A stretch of DNA of 64,000 nucleotides, from NCBI GenBank assembly GCA_051294375.1, contig CM119269.1:9175931-9239930 (forward strand), in the 5' to 3' direction. A program made the position numbers and the translations under genes. The stretch's first letter is position 1, and every line of letters begins with the position of its first letter. A model generated the notes under the pieces. That model was not told the origin of the DNA. It worked only from the letters and a program-made list of their open reading frames with translations, and did not search any database. Below, piece after piece: positions 55,507 to 64,000 of this stretch. The DNA is from Paraspadella gotoi (taxonomy: Eukaryota; Animalia; Chaetognatha).

Positions 55507-57439
55507 CAGATTGCTGCTGTTGTGATCTTCAGCGGCATCGTTTTCGTCGTCATCATCTCCGTTTTGTTTACGATCCTTCTCGAAAAAAAAAGTATGGTTT
55601 GTATGGAAGTATGGAAGCATGAAAGTATGGAATGTATGCAAAAAAAAATAATTAAGGTAAGACGAATTAATAATAAAAGAGGAAGAAAACCAATAAACAA
55701 AACAAGATTTAAAAAAAAAATAAAATCAAGATTCCTCTTCTCATCTTATCTCTTCTCTCAGCCTGCGATCTGCCCGAGCAAGATCAGTACCTTCAGAGAC
55801 CAAATATCCGAAGAGCATCGGGTCGCGCGTTCGGGAAGCCGGACGTGGTGATCTGGGAGCGAGAAATGATCAACGGGTCTTTCGTCCTTAAAAGAAAGGA
55901 GGAGAAGACGAGAAAAGAAAAAGAGGAAGAGAGGGAAACGTATCGTTTGGGCGACCATCGGGCTCCCTATTGTAACCGGATTCAATTTAATTATAATACG
56001 GATCCTGCTTCTACCGGATCGAAGGAGGATCTCGGCGGAGTTCCCGGAAGAGTTTCCGGCAGATTGGACGCGAACGGGATTGATTTTGGCCAGGAATCGA
56101 AATTTTCGTCTCTAGTTTGGCCGACGAATCGAATCGTCTACACATTTCATCCGAGGTGTCAATGAGGCATGGATGAATGATGAAAGATTTGATGAAATAA
56201 CGATTATCAAATAGTATTAAATTTGGGTCTTATTTTTTAATTGTGTGATTTTTGCCGTTGACGAATACAATAATAAAAACTTTCGCTTATTTTTTTCTTT
56301 TTTGGGGGTTGGGGGATTCTTTCATTAACTTTTTCATACTTCCACGATTTTTATCTTTCTCCTATTTTCTTTCCTTCTTTCCTTTTTTTACTAACTCCTC
56401 ATTCGACCTCTTCCCCCCTTTTCCCTTCCACCACCCCCTACTTCTCCCTTTCCCCCGTGTCCTCCCTCCTCTTCTTCCTCCCACCTCCCCTTCCTTCTTA
56501 GCGAAGCTTCTCTCTGGATCCGAATCTCTCACATCTTCGAAAAGGCGGCCTCTCATTGGTCGAAAGGAACATGCGTCTCTTTCGAGCGACGCGATTGGTC
56601 GAAAGTCAAAGACCTGACTCTGACCCCCAAAGGCAGCACCAACACAAAACATAACGTCGAGAACATGGTGCTGGTGCTGTCGAATTACAAATGTAAACTT
56701 TCGTCGTTAAAAGGAACGTGTTCCGCCTCCGTCGGGACGCCTTGCAGAGGTCCTAATCACAAGGTAGAACGGAAGGAGTGATCGTCGTCGTCCTCGTTGT
56801 TGTCGTTGTTGATATCGTTGTCTTTCCTCATGTTCTTGACGGAGAGCGATAATTAATAACTATTAATTATAACATGGTTGTTTCATGATGGCAATGCCAA
56901 TTCCACGCTATGTCCAATAGACATAGTGCAATTATCCAACATTGCTTGATAAACTTGACACGCTCCAAGCATCTTCATGATCAGATTCCAATTTTGACTA
57001 ATTTTTCGGTTGATGCTTCCATGTTGTCAGAACGAAGTCTGCATTCTCAGCTGCGAATCGTCTGTTCCGTGGGAGATGCCTTACGTTCATAAATCGGACG
57101 GCGTTTTGCTTCGAAACGACAACCTACACGGCGTTAAATGCTTGGCTAACGTGCTTACCATCGGCGACGAATGCTTGCACGAGGGGCCGCAACCGTCCAC
57201 TCTCATGCACGAGCTTGGACACGTGCTTGGAATGTATCACGAGATGATGCGTCTGGACAGGGACGAATACGTCGAGCTGCTTACCGGGAGATTGTATAAG
57301 GTAAGAGATAAGAGGTTTGGGATAAAATTAATTAATTAATTAATTGCCTACTTAATTATTTAATTAATTACCGATAATGATCGTGGGCAGATCGGACATT
57401 GTTTGCTCAAACTTGTTATTGTTTAATGTTGTAGTATCA

Positions 57440-57510
<71 letters not shown>

Positions 57511-60500
57511 ATTTTTTTTATTTCTCTCTCTCAAAGGAATCAGCTTACGACTTCAAGCTGCTATGGCCCCCAACCAAAGTCTTCAATACTATGTACGACT
57601 ACTTGTCCTTGATGCACTACGGGCAGTACGCATTCTCTAAAAGGCCGGGTGTGTGCGTCACGATTCGGACCAAAAATAAATGCGCACAAAAAGTCATCGG
57701 CGAGACGGAAGTGCCCAGTTTCTACGACGTCATGGTAGGAATGGGCGATCGAGTAATGATACAGATTGTTTTTGATCAACTCGAAAGTTTAAAAAGTTTG
57801 ATCAACAATATCGGAACTGACTACGATAATTAAGTGGTAATGAGCTAATCCAATGATAAATCATTATAATTTTTTCTGACTTTTAATTTGTGATCTTAAC
57901 AGATCATAACAAACCATAACATAACAAATCATAACAGACTTATTAAACATAGACATCTATGAAAAATATCTATAAATCAATCATAACCAGGAGCTGCGCC
58001 AATACCAACTTGAATAATTTGGTCAACTTGCATAATTTGCTAATTTTGCATAATTTGCTAATTTTGTATAATTTGCTAATTTTGCATAATTTGATAATTT
58101 TGCATAATTTGGTCAACTGGCATGATTTGAACAACTTGCTTAAATTGGTCAACTGACTCAATTTGGTCAACTGACATAATTTGGTCAGCTGGAATAATTT
58201 TATCAATTGGCATAATTTGGTCAACCGGTATAATTTGGTTAACTGGCATAATTTGGTCAATTGACAAAATTTGGTCAACTTGCAGAATTTGGTTACTTGA
58301 ATAATTTGGTCAACTGGCATAATTTGATCAATCAATCAATCAGAGAGAGATAGAGTGAGAGAGAAACTTTTAAAAATTCAAATAAATATTTCTCTTGGTT
58401 TTATAATTTAACTCTTTTCCACTCCTACGATTCCATCAAAAATTTATTTCCAGCTTAATTACATACTTTACTACCCACACACAAAATTTCAATTCAATTT
58501 ATCTATCCAATTTTTAATAAATATAATAATTATGAGTAAATATAAGTAAAAATCTCGTAATCCATCCATCCAATCAGGAGTAATTGGAGTTTAATGCTAA
58601 GGAGCGACGTACAGACGGACGGACAGACAGACAGACGGAGGGACTGACGGACTGACGGATTTATCATAAAATGCTCTAATATGATAAAAATGATTTACCG
58701 ACAAGATTTTGGGGTGGCACCGACGGACCGACAAAGTGGATTATAGAGTCGGACTAAAATCAGATCCGACTAAAAAAAGTTTTATATAAATATTTATATA
58801 TATAATATTTTATTACTTAAGAACGCATTTTCATTATTATCATATTTAGCTCGTGAACACGCTTTACATGTGCAACTTTAACTGCCAAAACTACACGGGA
58901 TTGTCCGACTGGGTTCAATCAGGGTTCGGCAGGTGTTTTGGTGAGATCAGTAGCCATTAGAGTGATGGGAAAATAATACTATTTTATAAAATTTAAATTT
59001 AGCATATAAAACATGAAAATAAAAACTAATAAAAATACTTGGGTAAATTTATTTTTTAATTTTACATTAGAGGGCACCAGTGAGCTATATTTATATATAG
59101 TAATAAGTATATAATAAGTTAAAATTTCAAAATGCAAATTTTAAAATTTTAAGATCAGATTTAGATTTGTTGCAAAAAGGTGATATAAGGAAGTATAATT
59201 CTTTTTTAAAAATCATTTCATTAAGTTGGTTAAAAATGTAAAAAATTATACTTAAGATACCGATTTTTAATTTCCTGCTTAAAAATATAGTTTTTTGTAA
59301 TTTTAACCTACTTAATGATATATTTTTTGAAAAAGATTTATATTATCATTTATCAACTTTTTAGGAGGAATCTGAATCTGTTCTCAGAATTTTAAAAAAA
59401 CATTTTGAAATTTTGACATTATATAAGAGTAGTACTATCTACAAAATAAGCTGACTGGCTACATATATTTGTAAAAAAAGAAAAATAACTACAGATTAAT
59501 GAGTAATAGGTTTATTTTCAATATGAGAATACTGTGCTACAAAAAAAGTTTTATTTTTCCAAATATTTCGGCATAAATTTCCATGCCATCATCAATTTAT
59601 ATTTTACCACTGATGATGGCATAGAAATTTATGCCAAAATATTTGAAAATATAAAACTTTTGTTGTAGCACAGTAATCTCATATTGAAAATAAACCTATT
59701 ACTCATTATAATCCCTGTGCTTGTTATAACGTTTAAAGAATTAGTATTCACTAATATGATAGTTTTCAAGATATAACTGCTAAATTTTGATTCCAAACTT
59801 TCACTTCACCCTAGTAGCCATAGCTCAATTTTAAGCAAATTTATAAAGAAAATAGAATATAATGAAAATATAGTATAAAGTCTGTTTTTAACCGATAAGT
59901 TACCAGTGCAAAAAGGTAAACGCTCGGTTGAAAGCTTACAGGTTCCTGCTATGTCATTATTTCCTAAGAGAGAAAGATGCTTTAATACACCATAGACTGT
60001 CTAAATTTATGGGCCAGAGACCTGTGAGCCAAATTCAGTGACACAAAAGAAATAATTGCCAAGGTTTACTGCATCGACATAAACGTAAACCGTTTTTCTT
60101 TATTAAATAGAGAAATTTTTGACGTTTTTTCTGTTGAAATTTTATTTAAATTGATCTTTATTAACAATTTGAAATTAATTTTATTTGCCAAGATGTCAAA
60201 GTCGTCAAATCGATGGCTCACCCCATCTCTTAATAATCAAGCGCAATGAATGATTTTTAATTCAGTATCCAAGATTTCAGATTCCAGAAGGAAAGTTTGT
60301 TTATAAGAGATTCATTCTCAGGCCTTTGGGCAAGCAATTTAAGCAGCTTAGCTTAACAACATCAAAGCATCAAAATTGGGGCAAAAAATGATAGTTGAGA
60401 AAATTCAGATCATAATTGGCAAGTTATACCTGGGAAAGTATGAAAAGCAGCTGTGACTAACAGTAATTTCAAAAATATATAGTAACTAATACAACACACC

Positions 60501-61243
60501 ATCAACTGCTTCAATTTTTTTTTACCAAAAGAATTAACGTTAAGCAGAAGGGAGAAATGCAGTTGTTCTTTAGTTCCAACATATCACATATCAGATTTTT
60601 TTAAAGTAATTTGTCACGAAAAAATTCTTGCAAAATAAATCAAACTTATTTGTTGTATAAAAACTTTGACTGGGTAAGAAACCGAATCATCTTTAAGAAA
60701 AAAAATATATTTTACTTGATGAGGGATAATTTTTTCTAGCAATGACGAGTTTGTCCCAACTTGTTCGGGAGGCATTTTAAGCATGTTTCAAACCCATTTT
60801 AATCAATATTTTGGGAATTTTAAAAACGTCAATGATTTTTTTATCAAATGGTATTAAAAAAAAAATTTCTTAATGTTTTGTAGGTCATGTATCATTAATT
60901 TTTTCTTCGTGTCAATCGATTTGGCTCACGGGGTAGCTTATTTATTGAATGAATGGATAATTTTTCTATTGGTTGTACCAATTTAATATGCTATACTTCA
61001 ACATTAATTTTGCATATTTTGTATAACTAATTCTTTTATTTACTTTTCACTGACAAAGATCATAATCGACAGAGATGCTATCGCCTTCCTGATTGCACCT
61101 GTTCCTGTCCTCATCGCGCCGACAACGATGTCCGCTACATCCCCTCGACTCGCCGGAAACTCTATGAGCTATTGCCGCCGGCTTGCCGGAAAAGCTGCGG
61201 TTATCATTCGAGTTGGGCGGACACTGGCGGCGTTTGGTACAGC

Positions 61244-61275
<32 letters not shown>

Positions 61276-61903
61276 AGCGAATCTGATGAGAATTAAATTT
61301 CCTCTGTTGTCCTGAAATCGATTATTTTTTAAGATAATTATAATTGTTAAAAAAAACGAAAGGGTATGGCATACTATTTATTATCGTGGATTCATGCGCC
61401 TCACCTGAATATTCTGGTTTTAACATTTTCACAGGTCATGCTTATAGGCGGGGTGAACTTATGCAATGCCCGACTACATTCTCATCTTGATTTCACATGT
61501 ATACATTTTCCCAAATTCATATATTCATATATTCACATATTCACATTTTATTCCAATTCGCATATTCACATTTTCACATTTTCTCATATCCTCATCCCGT
61601 TCACATTTTCACATTTTCATATTTTTCACATTTTTACATTTTCACATTTACACATTCTCATATTTAAATTTTTTCACATTTTCACATTTTCACCTATCCT
61701 AATCCGTTTACATTTTCACATTTTCACATTTAAGATTTTTCACATTTTAATTTTTTCACATTTTCACACTTTCACACTTTCACATTTTCACATCTCATCT
61801 TCGCATCTCGTTCCACTTCGGCGCCACGAGGCGATGGACGCGCCTCTTTCGCTCCGATGCTACGCGATGCGAAATGTGGGACTCGATCGAAAGAAGAAGA
61901 TGA
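54242..61903 (+). CDS. Astacin-family (M12A) zinc metalloprotease with N-terminal signal anchor, ~670 aa. Exons: 54242-54543, 55184-55343, 55510-55591, 55762-56155, 56502-56763, 57031-57300, 57537-57734, 58850-58940, 61059-61236 (or read-through to stop at 61315), 61831-61903 (tentative)
   Basis: Motifs in order: WPTNRIVYTF; AASHWSKGTCVSF; GTCSASVG; zinc motif HELGHVLGMYHEMMRLDRDEYV (from 57208); Met-turn YDYLSLMHYG; SFYDVMLVNTLYMC. All intron phases match (2,0,1,2,0,0,0,1,2). An EGF-like CY..P.C.C.CP segment follows. Confidence 0.92.
58010..58332. repeat. Minisatellite, 18-bp unit CATAATTTGGTCAACTGG, ~17 copies
   Basis: Directly visible. Intronic; explains the repetitive ORFs in the track. 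Confidence 0.95.
59077..59463. mobile_element. Old AT-rich foldback/MITE-like element (long imperfect inverted repeats)
   Basis: The left arm CCAGTGAGCT...TTCATTAAGTTGGTTAAAAAT aligns with the reverse complement of the right arm ATTTTAACCTACTTAATGA...AGCTGACTGG. Ends CTGGCTACA-TA. A relative lies at 26277. Confidence 0.75.
59497..59708. repeat. Near-perfect palindrome: 98-bp arms (59497-59594 and 59611-59708), 16-bp spacer, 6 mismatches
   Basis: Base-by-base comparison of the left arm with the reverse complement of the right arm. Confidence 0.95.
59596..59655 (+). ncRNA. Minimal type I hammerhead ribozyme motif (mutated copy), with a second 5'-truncated copy on the minus strand at ~59550-59595
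   Basis: Plus copy: TTTATATTTTACCA-CTGATGA-T-GGCATA(GAAATT)TATGCC-aAAA-TA-TT-TGAAAATATAAA, in which stems I and II pair. The minus copy retains GAAA (tTGATGA-T-GGCAT..ATGCC-GAAA-TA-TT-TGG). Confidence 0.75.
61490..61792. repeat. Degenerate 8-bp (TTTTCACA)n array
   Basis: Directly visible. Source of the spurious 225-aa H/F/I ORF. Confidence 0.92.
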
Positions 61904-62337
61904 TTAATCGAGAGGGAGAGAGGGAGGAAGGAGAAAGGGAGAGGATAGAGAGAGAGGAGAGGAAGGAGGAGAGGGGAAAGGGAAATGGGAAGGAGAAAGA
62001 GAGGAGGGAATCCGGAGGTAGAGGGAGAGAGAGAAGAGACTGAAGGAAGGGAGAGGAAAATAGAGGGAGGAAGAAAGGCAAAAGCGAGGGATACAAATAG
62101 TAAGAGGGAATGCAGTAAAGGATGAAGGGTGAAAAAAAAAACATCATTGGATGGGAAAAGAGGAAAAGAGAAGAGAGCAATCGAAGAAAGATGAGGTGAG
62201 GAGAAAATTAAGGGGGATAAAGAGAGAAGGTGATTGAGAAAAAGATTTGGCTGAAAAGTGAAGGAGAATGGGGAAGAGAGAAAACTGCCTAAGGAACGTG
62301 GACGAGAGCAGCCGCCGCCGCTGCCGCTGCCGCCGCC

Positions 62338-63448
62338 TACGCCGACGTCCTACAACTTGGAGAAGAGGGCGTGGCTCTCTCTTCCGGCCACGAGGCCACT
62401 TCCGGATCGATCGTCTCGAGAGCGACCGGCGCCCGGGCGCCGCTGCTCGCGTTGCCGCCGCCGCGCGGCGTGCCGCCGTCCCTCGGTGCCAAGCGACGAT
62501 TGAGATATTCGAATGAGTGAGGGAGGGGAGGAGGAGGAGGTAGGAGGAGGTGGCAGGAGGAGAGGAGGAGGAGAAGAGGAGGATAATCCGGAAAAGGTGG
62601 ACGGCGCGAAGATTCGGACTCTCGTCCTTTTTTTTTTCAATTCGATGCGCAGCATAAAAAATGAAAAAGGCGGAAGTTGACAGGCGGGGAAAAGGGTGAG
62701 AGGGAGAGAGGGGGAAAGGGGAGAGGGAAAGAGCGGGAAGAGAGAAGACGAGGGAGAGGAAGATAAGGGAGGTGGGCGGTGAGCGGTGGATGGAGGTAAG
62801 GCGGGGGGGTGGGATAAGATGGACGGTGACAGCAGAGGAGGGCGAGGAAATGCTGCGGCGGGGAAGTGGAGAGGGTGGATTGGAGAAGGACGGAGAAGCT
62901 GGGTGAGAAGCTGTATGAAAAAGTGGGCCTAGAAGCGGCGGAAGCGGACGGGAAGCGGACGGAAAGTGGGTGGAGTCCGGACGTCGACGGGCGAGACGAT
63001 TTCGATGAGGAGCGATGGATCTGCCAATGATGAGGATGAGGAGGATGATGAAGAGGATCGATATGATGAGGATGAGGAGTAGAAACCTGCTATGTCATTG
63101 TCATGTAGGAGTGACGGAAGCCTAAAATCAAGAGCAAGATAGCTTATTTATTAAAGGAATGAAAAATTGTTATATTGGTTGTAAGACCTTCATGAGGATG
63201 AAAAGTTTAGAAGCGAAAAAAAAAAATTAGGTTTTTGTCTTATACTATATAGGTTTTCCTTATTTTTGCCTCCGCTTTTTAAGATTTTTTATTTAAAAGT
63301 GTGTTTTTTTTTTTCGTTTTTTTTTTTTTGCTCCTTGAAAGATTTTGTGACCTCGCGTCCGGTCACACTTATTTTTTGCTTTTCTTTCGCTAATTCTATC
63401 TTTAACCATCTGTCAGCACCAACGACTTTATAGGTGAAATTTGACACA

Positions 63449-63479
<31 letters not shown>

Positions 63480-63486
63480 TGACCAT
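62338..63486 (-). CDS. Possible small membrane protein with Pro-rich tail (exon 63486-63407, then 63086 downward); model uncertain
   Basis: A phase-2 join gives MVIVVVVVIVVVIVSNFTYKVVGADRW|FLLLILIISILFIILLILIIGRSIAPHRNRLARRRP plus Pro-rich sequence, with GC-rich coding-like DNA down to ~62340. The hydrophobic runs derive from triplet repeats and the acceptor lies at the edge of a dispersed repeat. Confidence 0.25.
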
Positions 63487-64000
63487 AAACGTCGTAAGAG
63501 ATGCTCCATCCCCACGACGATAATGAAGACTATCACAACGACGAACCCACGAAGCCAGCGGCGAAGTCGATCACGTGACTTCGTTGCCGGTGCGAATTCG
63601 TCGCTCGACTAAATTTCGTCAACTCGTTTGCGTTTCTCTTCTTTTTTTTCGTGGGAGATGAAAACTGAGGAAAAAAGGAAAAGAAAAAAGGAAAAGAAAA
63701 AAGGAAAAGAAAAAAGGAAAATAAGAAAAAAGATAAAAAGAAAAGGTTGACATTTAGGAAAAAAAAATCTTGGAGGTCGAGCTGGAGGAAAATACTTTGT
63801 AAAGACACCTTTTATATTGTATAATACTGTTTAGTATAGTACTATAGTTTAGCTTTGTATACCCAGATAAACAAACAAAACGAGCATTTTGTCTCTGAAA
63901 ATGTCTGCTCTTCTAACATCATCTTTTAACAATAAATAAGGGAATGGAGTCGTCCTAAAAGTTATAGTTTTTTTAATTTTTTGAGAGGAGAGAAAGTAAG

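Noticed and set aside
57959-58335. Repetitive LRR-like ORFs (CQLTKL)n
   Set aside because: Translation of an 18-bp intronic minisatellite.
59497-59708. microRNA precursor
   Set aside because: Stem is too long and too perfect. Better explained as an inverted duplication of a hammerhead-bearing element, though it could still yield siRNAs.
61366-62043. 225-aa His/Phe-rich ORF
   Set aside because: Made of the (TTTTCACA)n array plus a purine-rich tract.

Overview
Repeat-rich, intron-containing animal (probably invertebrate) genomic DNA from a draft assembly. It has many N gaps, four of exactly 25 N, and some indel-ridden, raw-read-like stretches. Most ORF-track entries are microsatellite or gap artefacts. 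Manual splicing gives four plus-strand genes: (1) five exons of flotillin-1 hidden under indel errors (8564-11888); (2) an 8-exon, ~1040-1080 aa protein with the architecture ARM-like / DH(RhoGEF) / PH / TIR / SAM, which looks like an ARM-TIR-SAM immune-adaptor-type protein with a Trio-like DH-PH module inserted and degenerate catalytic residues (29064-35518); (3) a 4-exon type II membrane protein mirroring the first four exons of gene 4 (49537-51557); (4) a type II membrane-anchored astacin metalloprotease with a Cys-rich insert (54242-~61900). An intron of the astacin gene holds a 98-bp-arm palindrome made of two inverted copies of a minimal type I hammerhead ribozyme of the Penelope-like-element kind, next to an older foldback MITE. 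Several introns begin with tandem copies of their own splice donor. All domain calls are by eye from remembered consensus motifs; no searches were run.
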